In this document: positions 7,843 through 19,000 of the stretch, piece by piece
Numbering within the stretch: the first letter of the stretch is position 1
Layout: every line of letters starts with the position of its first letter
Assembly (NCBI GenBank): GCA_964487475.1
Contig: CAZAPM010000001.1
Coordinates: 12,374 to 76,373 of the forward strand
DNA: 64,000 nt
From: an uncultured Planctomycetales bacterium
Lineage (GTDB): Bacteria > Omnitrophota > Gorgyraeia > Gygaellales > Profunditerraquicolaceae
Direction: 5' to 3'
The notes under the pieces: generated by a model
What the model was told of the DNA's origin: nothing
The model's input: only the letters and a program-made list of their open reading frames with translations
The model's database searches: none
Translations under genes and position numbers: made by a program

Positions 7843-8814
7843 ATGCTTAAGATCGGGAGTTTAAAATTGCGCGTACCCCTTATCCTGGCTCCTATGGCCG
7901 GGGTAAGCGACCTGCCGTTTCGGCTGCTGAACCGGAGGTTCGGATGCTGTTTTGCCTTCACCGAGATGATCAATGTCCGTTCCCTGGGGCATAAGAGCCG
8001 CAAGACCGGGGAACTCCTCGCTACGGTCCCCGAGGACGCTCCGCTGGGCCTGCAGCTTTTGGCCGGGGAGGAGCAGTATCTCCTGAAGGCGATCGAAGTG
8101 GTGCAGCAGAAGTTCAAATTCGCGCTGATCGATTTCAATGCCGCCTGCCCCGCGAAGAAGGTGGTACGCCGCGGGGAAGGGGCAGCCCTGATGAAGGACC
8201 CTGCGCGGCTGGAACGGCTGGTCGGGATACTGGCGAAAAGTTTCAAGGTGCCGGTGACGGTGAAGATCCGTGCCGGGTGGGACCGGACGCATCTTAATGC
8301 CCCGGAAGTCGCCCGGCGGTGCGAGGATGCCGGGGTAAAAGCGGTCTTTGTGCACGGGCGGACCAAGCTCCAGGAGTACAGCGGCAAGGTGGATTATGAG
8401 GTGATCGCCCAGGTAAAAAAAGCGGTCAGGGTGCCGGTCATCGGGAGCGGGGACGTGCTTTCCCCGGAGCTGGCCGGGAAGATGCTGGATTCCACCGGGT
8501 GCGACGGAGTGCTGGTGGCCCGCGGCTCCTTCGGAAACCCCTGGATATTCTCCCAGACCGAGCATTATCTTGCGCATCGTTCCCTGCCGGAGCCTCCGGC
8601 GCACTCCGAGGTGCTGGCGGTGATGCGGGATCACCTGGATTCATGCATCGCGTTCTACGGGCCGAGGGTGGCGGTGACTATTTACCGGAAGTTCTTTGCC
8701 TGGTATACCAAGGGCATGCGCGGAGCCAGGCCTTTACGGGAAAAAGCCAATACGGTGCGCACGGCGGAGGGGCTGCGCGCGGTCATTGACGAATGCCGGG
8801 TGAGCCATATATAA
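7843..8814 (+). CDS. dus: tRNA-dihydrouridine synthase (DusB-like)
   Basis: LILAPMAGVSDLPFR..., FTEMI and the TIM-barrel Dus family pattern throughout. Confidence 0.85.
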   Translation: MLKIGSLKLRVPLILAPMAGVSDLPFRLLNRRFGCCFAFTEMINVRSLGHKSRKTGELLATVPEDAPLGLQLLAGEEQYLLKAIEVVQQKFKFALIDFNAACPAKKVVRRGEGAALMKDPARLERLVGILAKSFKVPVTVKIRAGWDRTHLNAPEVARRCEDAGVKAVFVHGRTKLQEYSGKVDYEVIAQVKKAVRVPVIGSGDVLSPELAGKMLDSTGCDGVLVARGSFGNPWIFSQTEHYLAHRSLPEPPAHSEVLAVMRDHLDSCIAFYGPRVAVTIYRKFFAWYTKGMRGARPLREKANTVRTAEGLRAVIDECRVSHI

Positions 8815-8821
8815 TAGAACC

Positions 8822-9916
8822 ATGGGATGTGTCGCGGTAACCGGAGTCGGGGTGGTAGCTTCTAACGCGATCGGCCGTGTCCGATACGGCGATGCGCTTA
8901 TTGCGGAAGAGAGCGGCATCAAGCCGGTCACCCTTTTCGATACCGCGTGTTTTAAAGCCAAGGCCGCCGGTGAGGTCAAGGATTTCGATCCCGCCTCTTT
9001 CCTGGGGCCTAAGGGGCTGCGCACGCTCGACCGCAGCACCAAGCTGCTCGCGGTCGCGGCCAAGCTGGCGCTCGAGGATGCCGGTATCATTATCACCGAT
9101 GAGAATTCCGCCGGCATGGGTATGGTCACGGGAACCACCATGGGCAGTATCCGCAGTATCAGCGAATTCGACCGGGAATCCCTGGTCGAGGGCCCCCAAT
9201 ACGTCAATCCCGCGTTGTTCCCCAACACCGTCATCAATTCCCCTTCCAGCCAGGTTTCCATAAGATTCCGCATCCGCGGGCTCAATACTACTATCTCTAC
9301 CGGGTTCACCGCCAGTGCGGATGCGGTCGGGTATGCGCTGGACGCGTTAGGCAACGGAAAGGCCAGGACCGTGCTGGCGGCCGGGGTGGAAGAGCTCTGT
9401 CCGGAGATATTCTGGGCGCTGGAAAAAACCCGTTTCTCAGCGGTGTTCGGGGAAGGAGCGTGTGTACTGGTGCTCGAGGATCCCCGGGATGCCGCGGCAG
9501 CGGGGCGGGTGCCGTTGGCCTATATCCGGGGATATGGCGCGGGGTTCGAACCTTACCGTACGGATAAGATCAAGGCGGGTGCGCCCGGACTGCGCCGCGC
9601 CATGCGGGCGGCGCTGGCGGCGGCAGGATGCGGCAGCGAAGATATCGATTGTATCGTGTCGGCGGCGAATTCCATCCGCGAAGCGGACCAGGCGGAAGCG
9701 GGCGCGATCCGGGAGGTCTTCGGCGAAAGCGCGCGCCAGGTGCCGGTGACCGCGTACAAATCCCTGATCGGAGAGTGTATGAGCGCCTGGGGAGCCCTCG
9801 GGATCGCCGCCGCGGTGGAGATGCTGCGCCGGGGCCAGAGGCGCAACATCCTGGTCAATGCGTTAGGCCCTACGGGGTGCAGCAGCAGCGTGATAGTGTC
9901 GGCGAAAGGAATCTAA
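8822..9916 (+). CDS. beta-ketoacyl synthase-like protein lacking catalytic Cys/His/His (chain-length-factor-like partner)
   Basis: KS fold from end to end. The active-site Cys is replaced (TISTGFTAS instead of T-A-C-x-x-G) and both catalytic His motifs are absent (SAANS and IGEC instead of HGTGT and GHxxGAAG). Confidence 0.7.
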   Translation: MGCVAVTGVGVVASNAIGRVRYGDALIAEESGIKPVTLFDTACFKAKAAGEVKDFDPASFLGPKGLRTLDRSTKLLAVAAKLALEDAGIIITDENSAGMGMVTGTTMGSIRSISEFDRESLVEGPQYVNPALFPNTVINSPSSQVSIRFRIRGLNTTISTGFTASADAVGYALDALGNGKARTVLAAGVEELCPEIFWALEKTRFSAVFGEGACVLVLEDPRDAAAAGRVPLAYIRGYGAGFEPYRTDKIKAGAPGLRRAMRAALAAAGCGSEDIDCIVSAANSIREADQAEAGAIREVFGESARQVPVTAYKSLIGECMSAWGALGIAAAVEMLRRGQRRNILVNALGPTGCSSSVIVSAKGI

Positions 9917-9918
9917 CC

Positions 9919-10668
9919 ATGGAATTTTCCGGGAAGCATGTGCTGGTCACGGGAGGCACGCGGGGGATCGGCCGGGCGATCGCGGTGATGTTCGCTTCCC
10001 AGGGAGCGAATGTCGCGTTCACCTACGCGCTCAGCACGGTGCAGGCGCAGGAGGTGCTGGAGGTGCTGTGCAGCCACGGGGTCAAAGCCCTGGCGATCCA
10101 GGCGGATGTCAGGGATTTTTCGGCATCGAAGGAGGCGATCGAGCGGGTCAAGGGCGAGTTCGGGGGGCTGGATATCCTGGTGAACAACGCCGGGGTCACC
10201 CGGGATAAGGCGTTGATGATGATGTCCCCGGAGGAGTGGGAAGAGGTCATGGATACCAACCTCCAGGGTACGTTCAATTTCTGCCGCAACGCCATCATCA
10301 CCTTCCTCAAGCAGAAGAGCGGGTGCATCATCAACCTGACTTCGGTCAGCGGGATGATCGGGATGTCCCGCCAGACCAATTATGCCGCCTCCAAGGCGGG
10401 GATCATCGGATTCACCCGTTCCCTGGCGCGGGAAGTGGGAGGGTACGGGATCCGGGTCAATGCCGTGGCTCCCGGGTTCGTGGAGACGGACATGGTCGCA
10501 CATCTTAAAGAGCAGTTCACCCAGGCGATGAAGCAGGCGATACCGCTGGGCCGTTTCGGGACTTCGGGCGAGGTGGCGGCCGTGGTGCGGTTCCTGGCAA
10601 GCGAAGAGGCACGGTTCATTACCGGCCAGACGCTGGTGGTCGACGGCGGATTGTCGCTGGCGCTGTAA
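9919..10668 (+). CDS. 3-oxoacyl-ACP reductase-like SDR (FabG paralog)
   Basis: Start trimmed to MEFSGKHVLVTGG, 2 nt after the upstream stop. TGGTRGIG Rossmann motif, NNAG, and the S...YxxxK triad (YAASKAG). Confidence 0.8.
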   Translation: MEFSGKHVLVTGGTRGIGRAIAVMFASQGANVAFTYALSTVQAQEVLEVLCSHGVKALAIQADVRDFSASKEAIERVKGEFGGLDILVNNAGVTRDKALMMMSPEEWEEVMDTNLQGTFNFCRNAIITFLKQKSGCIINLTSVSGMIGMSRQTNYAASKAGIIGFTRSLAREVGGYGIRVNAVAPGFVETDMVAHLKEQFTQAMKQAIPLGRFGTSGEVAAVVRFLASEEARFITGQTLVVDGGLSLAL

Positions 10669-10676
10669 AGGAGCGG

Positions 10677-11120
10677 ATGATGCACATCGACGAGATTCTT
10701 TCTATTCTGCCGCAACGTTACCCGTTCGTGATGATAGACCGGGTGCTGGAGTTGGAGCCGGGAGTAAGGATCCTCGCGGCCAAGAACGTGAGCACGAACG
10801 AGGATTATTTCCGGGGACATTTCCCGGAGCGGCCGGTGATGCCCGGAGTGCTGATGCTGGAGGCTTTGGCGCAGGCGTCCATCGTATTGTTCTACGCTTC
10901 CAAGCCGGGGGTGCAGAGTTCGCAGAGTCCGCAGACGCTGTATTATCTCGTATCGGTCAAGGTGCGGTTCCTGGCACCGGTGTTCCCCGGAGATCAGCTG
11001 TTGCTGGAGGTCAAGCCTTTGAAGATGGTTCCGGATGCGGGGATAGTGGAGGTTTCCGCAAGAGTAGGGGAGATCGAAGTGGCGCGTGGCGAGATGAGCT
11101 TTGCGGCGAGGCAGGGATAA
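10677..11120 (+). CDS. 3-hydroxyacyl-ACP dehydratase (FabZ-like)
   Basis: The hotdog-fold FabZ signature HFPERPVMPGVLMLEALAQ is present. Confidence 0.85.
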   Translation: MMHIDEILSILPQRYPFVMIDRVLELEPGVRILAAKNVSTNEDYFRGHFPERPVMPGVLMLEALAQASIVLFYASKPGVQSSQSPQTLYYLVSVKVRFLAPVFPGDQLLLEVKPLKMVPDAGIVEVSARVGEIEVARGEMSFAARQG

Positions 11121-12335
11121 ATGGAGCGCGTGCGGGTAGTGGTCAGCGGCATCGGGGTGGTTTCTTCCGTGGGCACCGGACGCGCAGCGTTCTGGGAGGC
11201 TTTGGAAAAGGGCGCGTGCGGCACGTCCCGCATCGAATCATTCGACACCTCCAATTTCCCCACCCATTTCGGAGGGGAGGTCAAGGATTTCTCCCCGCAG
11301 CGTTTCATCCCGAGGCAGCGGCTTTCCCGGATGGGCCGGGCCTCGCAGCTTTCCCTGGCTGCGGCGCACCTTGCGGCCGACGATGCCGGGGTATCGCGGG
11401 CCGCGCTGGATGCCGCCAACTGCGGGGTGTGCCTGGGCACGACCATGGGGGAATCCCAGGTGCTGGAGCGGCTCAATGAGATCTGGGTCAGCCGCGGCCA
11501 GGAGCACATGGAAAGCGGGATGATGCTGCAGTATCCCTGCAATATGCTGGCGGCGAACGTCGCGATCGGGTTCAAACTTAAAGGCCCGCATTTCGTGATC
11601 CCTACCGCCTGTGCCGCGGGGAACTATGCCATCGGATATGCCTTCGACAAGATCCGTTCGGGTGAGGCGGAGATGATGTTCGCCGGAGGGGCGGATGCGT
11701 TCTCCAAGATCGCGTTCGTGGGGTTCAACCGTCTGTATGCGGTCGCGCCGGAAAAGGTGCAGCCTTTTGACCGTAACCGGAAAGGCATGATGGTGGGGGA
11801 AGGGGCGGGTGTGCTCCTCCTGGAGTCGTGGGAGAGCTGCCGGAAACGCAAGCGCATTCCCTATGCCGAAGTGGCGGGATACGGGTTAAGTTGCGATGCG
11901 CATCATATGACCGCGCCGCAAAGCGACGGGATCGCCGCAGCGATCGAGAAAGCGATCGCGGAGTCGGGGGTGTCCAAGGATGAAGTGGGATACTTTAACG
12001 CGCATGGCACCGGCACTCCGGCCAACGATAAGGAAGAGTGCCTGGCGTTGCAGAAAGTGTTCGGCGAGAGGCTGGCATCCCTGCCGGTAAGCTCCATTAA
12101 ATCGATGCTGGGGCACACCATGGGAGCGGCATCCGCGATCGAGGCTATCGCCTGCTGTTTTGCCCTGACCGAAGGTCTGATCCCTCCCACGATCAATTTC
12201 GAGACTCCCGACCCGGAGTGTCCGATAGATTGCGTGCCAAATCACGCCCGAAAAGCGAGGGTGGAAGTGGCGGTGAACAGCTCCTCCGCCTTCGGCGGGA
12301 ACAATGCCTGTCTCGTCCTGAAAGCGGCCAGATAG
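11121..12335 (+). CDS. beta-ketoacyl-ACP synthase (KAS I/II-like, catalytically intact)
   Basis: Active-site Cys (PTACAAGNYAIG) and both His motifs (HGTGTPANDKEE, GHTMGAASAIEA). Begins 1 nt after the FabZ-like stop. Confidence 0.85.
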   Translation: MERVRVVVSGIGVVSSVGTGRAAFWEALEKGACGTSRIESFDTSNFPTHFGGEVKDFSPQRFIPRQRLSRMGRASQLSLAAAHLAADDAGVSRAALDAANCGVCLGTTMGESQVLERLNEIWVSRGQEHMESGMMLQYPCNMLAANVAIGFKLKGPHFVIPTACAAGNYAIGYAFDKIRSGEAEMMFAGGADAFSKIAFVGFNRLYAVAPEKVQPFDRNRKGMMVGEGAGVLLLESWESCRKRKRIPYAEVAGYGLSCDAHHMTAPQSDGIAAAIEKAIAESGVSKDEVGYFNAHGTGTPANDKEECLALQKVFGERLASLPVSSIKSMLGHTMGAASAIEAIACCFALTEGLIPPTINFETPDPECPIDCVPNHARKARVEVAVNSSSAFGGNNACLVLKAAR

Positions 12336-12339
12336 ATAT

Positions 12340-12368
12340 TGACATAACCTACGCTTTGGCCTATAGTT
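12340..12368 (+). promoter_or_regulatory. near-consensus sigma70 promoter (TTGACA-17-TATAGT)
   Basis: Perfect -35, 17-bp spacer and a TATAGT -10 in an AT-richer intergenic region upstream of the 12396 gene. Confidence 0.5.
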
Positions 12369-12395
12369 AAATACATACTGAGTCTGTCATCTCCG

Positions 12396-12977
12396 ATGAA
12401 GAAATTCCTGCGCGTGTGCATCCTGGCGGCTATAGGTGCTCTTCCCGCATGCGGTTGGGCCTGGGAAGGGAAACCGGCATCTTTGGAATCATGGGGAGTG
12501 CTTGCGGGGTTCGGTACGGCGTCCCTTCGGGAGCAGGGGGCATATCATACCGTGCCCCTTTCAGTCGACTTCGATTTTACCCTTAAGCCTTATCTGAAGG
12601 AGTTCGGTCTTTCCTGGCCGGGGATGGTGCAGATGCAGATCGAGCCGTACCTCGCACCGGTGATCGACCCGCATGCCGGGATCGAACTCGGCAATTATTT
12701 CTTTCTGAAGATCGGCCTTGTGCCCCAGACATGGAAATTCCAGCCTTATGTCAAGGCCGGGCCCGGTGTCTCCTATATGACGGTGCAGACCAGGGAGCAG
12801 GCAACGCAGTTCAATTTCATCGAAGCCGGCGCGGTCGGCGCGCACTTTTTTTTCCGGAAGAACCTGGGGTTGACCGTCGAATGCCGCGCGCGGCATCTTT
12901 CCAACTCCGGTATCGCGCATCCGAACAAAGGGATCAATTCCTATTACGGGATGCTGGGCGTCGCGTATCTGTTCTAA
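12396..12977 (+). CDS. outer-membrane beta-barrel protein, lipid A 3-O-deacylase (PagL)-like
   Basis: Signal peptide. Alternating beta-strand pattern ending in an aromatic residue (GVAYLF). HxSN motif (ARHLSNSG) resembling the PagL His/Ser catalytic pair. Confidence 0.5.
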   Translation: MKKFLRVCILAAIGALPACGWAWEGKPASLESWGVLAGFGTASLREQGAYHTVPLSVDFDFTLKPYLKEFGLSWPGMVQMQIEPYLAPVIDPHAGIELGNYFFLKIGLVPQTWKFQPYVKAGPGVSYMTVQTREQATQFNFIEAGAVGAHFFFRKNLGLTVECRARHLSNSGIAHPNKGINSYYGMLGVAYLF

Positions 12978-13018
12978 AGCGCGGGTGCCGTGCGACATAA
13001 TCAGGTGCAGTAGCGAGA

Positions 13019-16000
13019 ATGCCCTTACGTTATCCTTCCCTGAGAAGCCTGATCGTCCTGCTTTCGCTTTGCGCGTGCTGCCTCGGCATTCCCGTGTTCG
13101 TGAGCGCGGCGAACGATATCTTCGTGGCGGCGAATTCCACCTGGAAGTACGATGATACGGGTACGGACCGGGGCACGGCCTGGTTCAACGCCTCGTATGA
13201 TGATTCCGCCTGGCCTTCGGGCGCCGGACAGTTCGGGTACGGTGACGGAGGAGAAAGCACGCTTTTAGGGTATGGCCCCGACGCAAACAACAAATACCCC
13301 ACCTATTATTTCCGCAAGTCGTTCAACGTGGCCAATGCCGCCCTCTATTCTGACCTGATCTTCTCGTTGTTGAGGGATGACGGCGCGGTCGTCTATCTTA
13401 ACGGGGAAGAGATATACCGGGATAATATGCCGGGAGGGGCGGTGGGTTATTCTACCCTTGCTTCCTCTGCGGTCGCCGGCGCCGCCGAATCCACGTATTA
13501 CGTCTTTCCCTCCATCCCTACGAACCTGGTCTCCGGGACCAACGTGCTGGCAGTGGAGGTCCATCAGAACGTCGTTACCAGCAGCGACCTGAGTTTTGAT
13601 TTCAAGCTCGAGGGCACGCTCGGGGAGGTGAACGTGAGCGCGTATACCACCGGGACTCCGTCGCTGCCTCCGGCATCGATCACTCCCGGCAACGGCAGGG
13701 CCCTGGCGACCTTCCGCTTGACGGGAGCCGGCCCGCTGACCGGGATCATCGTTTCCGAATACGGGACCGTGGACGCGGATACGGATCTCACGTCGGTGAA
13801 GCTTTATTCCGATGACGGCGATGGGAACTGGGAACCGGCTTCGGATACCGTGCAGTTGGGCAGCACCACTTCGTTCTCTTCGCAAGCCGCATCCTTCAGC
13901 GGGTTTACGCTCATCGCCGGAAGCACGACGTACGTGCATGTGGTGGCGGATGTGCAGAATTCCGTAGCTGACGGCGAAACGGTCGGGCTGCGCATCGTCC
14001 AGGCCAGCGACGTGACGACGGCGTTCCCCGTGTCTGCGAGCTCCTGGCCGGTGTCGGCCGGCACTTCGCCGGTGCTGCTGGACGCGATCTCCCTGCAGTC
14101 GTATTCGGGAGGGACCCCGGCTATGCCGCCGGCCACCCTGCCGGCGAACGCCACCCGGCAGTGCCTGTCCACGTTCTATTTCAGCGGCGGGGGCAACCTC
14201 CTGGGGATGAACTTCACCGATTACGGGACCAGCAACGTGACCGCGGACCTTTCCAACGTCACGCTCTATCTGGATGACGGGGACGGGAACTGGGAATCGC
14301 TGCAGGATACCACGGTGCTCGGCGCGGCGACTTCGTTTAACGCAGCCGAGAAAGCGTTCTTTTCCGGGTTCAACGTCACTTTGCCAGAAGATGCCTATGT
14401 GCATGTGGTCGCCGATGTCGCACAGGATATCCTGAAGAACCAGACAGTCAATATCGGGATCAACGCGGCAGGGGATGTCATCGCGTCCGATGACATCGCC
14501 TCGGCATCCTGGCCGTTGCAGGCGGGTGCGTCCAGGTTGATGGGGATCTATCCCTACCTGCAGAACGTGACCACGTCCACCATCAACGTGCTGTGGATCA
14601 CGGACGATGCCTTGAACACCACGTTGGAGTACGGTCTTACCTCTTCGTACGGCACTACGGTTACCGACGCTTCTGGAGTGACGCTGCACAGCGTCAATCT
14701 TACCGGATTGCAGACGGACACCAAATATTACTATCGCGTAAGGTCGGGGGATATGGTCAGCCGGGCCGCTTCCTTCAAGACCGCGCCTGCTTCGACCAGC
14801 GGGTTCACTTTTCTGGCGTACGGGGACAGCCAGGGGACCGGCACGGGCTCCGGCTACAATACCCTGCACGAGTCGGTGGTCAACGCCACGCTGCCGTACG
14901 CGAACAATACCATCGTCCTGCGGATGGGGGACCAGGTCTTTGCGGAATCCATCGATGAGTGGGAGCCGAAGTTCTTCCTGCCGGGACGCAACCTTTACAG
15001 CAATAATACCGCGTACCCGGCGCGCGGCAACCATGAGGAGGGGGCGGCATTGCTGCAGCAGTACTTCGCGCCTCCGGCAGTGGGCGGGTCCGGCAGCGAG
15101 CGGTACTACTCCTTCAATTACGGCAATACGCACTTCGTCTGTCTGGATACCAATCAGGCGCATAATTCCGGCAGCGCGCAGTATACCTGGCTGGTATCCG
15201 ACCTCGATTCCGCGGCCGCCACGTCCGCTACCTGGATCGTGGTGTGGTTCCACCATCCCGGGTTATCCTCCTACCGGGAGGATGCCGTGGTCAAGAGCGA
15301 TCTCCTGCCCTTGTTCGAGAGCAAGGGAGTGGATATCGTGTTCAACGGGCACAACCATTTTTATGAACGTCATAATAAGGACGGGGTTTACCATGTGACG
15401 TGCGCGGGAGGCGGCAACACGCTTTATGCCACGGATGACTCCGCCACTACCGCGTACCGGGAGAATTACCGCAGTACCCTGCATTTCCTGAAAGTCGAGA
15501 CGGGCGCTTCCCAGATGCAGGTGACCGCGTACGATACGAGCGGCGCGGCATTCGATTCTTTCGTGGTGCCCCGGAGCACGACGGTCTCCGCATACGGCTC
15601 CGGCACTCCGGCGGCGCCGCCCGCCAGCGTCGCCGCGGGCTCGGCGGCCAACTGCCTGGGGACGTTCCTTTTCGGGTCCGGTGGGACAGTCTCTGCCGTC
15701 ACCCTGACCGAGTACGGTACCGCAAACGCCGCCGCCGACCTTTTGAACGTAAAACTTTTCCTCGATGACGGAGACGGGAACTGGGAACCGGCGCAGGATA
15801 CGACCCAGCTGGGCGCGACCACGGTGTTCGATGGTTCCTCCCAGGCTTCCTTTTCCGGATTTTCCCTGGCTGCCGGCCCGACATCGTACGTGCATGCGGT
15901 CGCGGACGTTTCCGCATCCATTTCTTCCGGTGTTACTATCGGCGTCGAATTGCTGCAGGCTTCCCATGTGACCTCTACCGCGACGGTCCAGGCTGCGGCC

Positions 16001-19000
16001 TGGCCGGTGCAGCTGGGTACGACCAGTCCTTCGGCCGGGACCATCGATACGCCTGCCGCCGCCAGCGTGGTGGGTCCTTCCCCCACCATCACCGGTACGG
16101 CTGCTGCCGGATCTGCCGTGACCCTGCAGGACGGAGGGGGCACTCCCCTTGGCAGTACCACTGCGGACGATAACGGGAATTTCCGCCTGGCGGTGACCGC
16201 TCCTTTAGGGGCGGGCGCCCGGACCCTGCGGCTTTTCGTGAACGGAGTGGAGAAGGCCTCCGTCAATGTCGTGGTCGATCTTTCCCCCGATGCTGACGAG
16301 CAGCCGGTGATCACTTCTCCGGCGGATGGTGACACGGTAAGGGGAAAGCGCCCGGTGATCTCCGGCATGGCGACGCCCGGCGCGCTGGTCACGCTGACCG
16401 CGCTGGACGTCAACGGCAACCTGACGACGATGGGCACTGCCACCGCCGATGCTTCCACCGGCGCGTTCGCCATCACTCCTTCAAGCGACGTGCCGGCAGG
16501 CGCGAACCAGCTGACAGTGACCTGCAACGGCGTCACCAGCACGGTCATCGACGTGATCTTTACCGATCCTTTCGGCGTGGTGTTCGATTCCCTGAGCAAC
16601 GCCCCCATTGCCGGCGCCCGGGTCACGATCTATTACGACAGCGATCCCGGGGCAGGCCGGACGTGGATCCAGGCGGTGCCGGGAGTGCATATCGCAGGCG
16701 GCGACCTTAACCCGCAGACCACCAATGCCGCCGGCCAGTACAGTTTCCTGACCATTGACGGCGATTTCTACATCAGCATCACCGCTCCCGGATATACGTA
16801 CCCTTCGGTGCGCACGTCATTCCCCGCCGGCCGCGTCATCGTCAACGGGTCCAAGGGAGAGATCTTTACCGTAGCCGGGGTGGTCATCGAGATGGACCAC
16901 CCCATGGACCCGGGAAGCGCGCTGCTTAAGGTGCGCAAGGACGCGAACAAGAAGGAAGCGCACGTCGGCGATATCGTCACCTATACGGTGGAGGTGGAGA
17001 ATCCCACCGCGTCCGCCGCCGCGGGAGTATATCTCGAGGACCGCATCCCTCCGGGGTTCAAGTACATCGGTGGCAAATCCTTGCTGGACGGGGCGCAGGC
17101 GCCTGATCCGCAGGGCACTTCTATCCTGACCTTTTCCGTAGGCACCGTGCCGGCGCTGTCCAAGCGCACGCTTAAATATCAGCTGGTCGTGGGCGCGGGG
17201 GTGAGCTTCGGGAAATACGAGAACCATGCCCACGCCAAGTACCTGGACGGCACCACTGTGTCCAACGTCGCGGATGAGACGGTCAAGGTCGTCCCTGACG
17301 CGCTTTTCGATATGGGCACGGTGATCGGCAAGGCGTTCTATGATACCGACGGTAACGGGATGCAGGATAAGGGCGAACCCGTCGCTCCCTATGCCCGCAT
17401 CGCCATGGAGGACGGCACGCTCATCACTGCCGACGCGGAAGGCAAGTTCCACGCGGCCGGCATACTTCCCGGCAGGCATGTGTTCAAGATCGACCCGGCC
17501 AGTCTTCCTCCCGGGACGGCAGCGCAGGAAGGCGCTCCGGTGATCGTGGATATCACCCCCGGGATCATGGCCAAAGTGAATTTCCCGCTGCAGGGAACAC
17601 CTGCGGGGGACCTGTGGCGCATCGACCGCGGGATCCCGAAGCCCCGCTTGAGCGTGGGGATCTACCAGGATGCCGTGGTGTACCGTAAAGGCGCTCCGGC
17701 TGAGCAGCATGTCTTCCGGGTGTTCACCAATTATCCCGCGTTCATCGAGCGCTGGCAGCTCGATATCCGCGATACGCACACCGGCGCGCTGGTCCGCAGG
17801 CTGGAGGGCCCGGGAGACGATTTGCAGCGGCCGCTCCCCTGGAACGGCCTGGATTCTTCCGGCAGGATGCTGCGCAGCGACAGGGAGTACACCTATCAGC
17901 TGGCGGTGTTCGGCGCATCGGGAGAGAGGGATGTGACCGGGGCCAAGGCCCTGCGGGTGATGGAGCAGGAAGGCCCGCAGACCGCCGATGCCCGGGTCGA
18001 CCTGGATTCCTTCATGGTCGAAGCGAAAAAACGCAAGGAGTACTTCTCCCGGGTCGCTTCCGCCAGCAGTCTTTCCGAGCAGCGCATCCCGCTTCCGGGC
18101 GAGGCCTTGACGGTCCGCGTTCCGCATGCGGCCGATGCGCAGGTGTACGTCGGCGGGTTCTCCGGCCGGGAGCTGACGCTGGAGGCTTCCGAGGGGGTGG
18201 CCGAGACCATCCTGCCCAAGGGTGTATACCAGGTCTCTTCCGGGGATGCGCAGCCGCAGGTGATAAGCGTGGGTGACGACCCCTTCTTCTTTGTGGCCAT
18301 GGGAGACGGGAAGGTCGGATATAATTTCAACCGCGGGCACGTGGAGCCCATCGAACGCAATGACGCCTACCAGAAAGGATTCTGGAAAGAGGGCCGGGTG
18401 GCGTACTACCTCAAGGGTAAGGTCAAGGGCAAGTACCTGATCACCTCCAGCCTGGATACGGCACGGCAGCAAAAGGAGCTTTTCAAGTCGCTCGACCCCA
18501 ACAAGTATTATCCCGTGTACGGAGACGCTTCGAGCACCAGTTACGCGGCGGCGGATACCCAGGGCCCGTTGTACCTGCTGGTGGAGTGGGATAAGTCCTC
18601 TGCGGTCTGGGGGAATTACCACACCCGGATCGACCGTACCGAGTTTGCGCGGTTCGACCGCACCCTCTACGGAGGGAAGGTCGATTACGAATCTACGGCC
18701 ACCACCAAATTCCAGGAGCCGGTGACCAGGGCGGTCGGGTTCCGGGCCACTGCCAAACAGCGCGCCGGCCACAACGAGTTCCTGGGCACCGGAGGTTCCT
18801 TGTATTATCTTAAGCACCGCGGAGTGATAGAGGGGTCGGATAAGGTGCGTATCGAAGTGCGCGATTCCGTGACCGGCCTGGCGGTTTCCAGCCGGCAGGC
18901 GGTGAGCGGCAGCGATTACCGCATCGATTATGCCCAGGGCCGGATCGTCTTCGAGAAGCCCGTGCAGATGCTGGCCGCTTCCAACGCCCTGATCTCTTCC

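Noticed and set aside
9628-9918. Long N-terminal extensions on several track ORFs: fabG-like 9628, argC 36116, argF 41080, argH 43205, dapF 46236, folK 50481, panC 50846, nadX 51670, DUF2079 52957.
   Set aside because: The extensions overlap upstream genes and lack family similarity. Conserved N-termini and RBSs indicate the downstream ATGs used in the feature list.
8822-12335. Possibility that the second KS/KR/DH set is an assembly duplication of the canonical fab cluster.
   Set aside because: Protein sequences are highly diverged from the 25997..30185 copies. One KS has lost all three catalytic residues. Gene order also differs.
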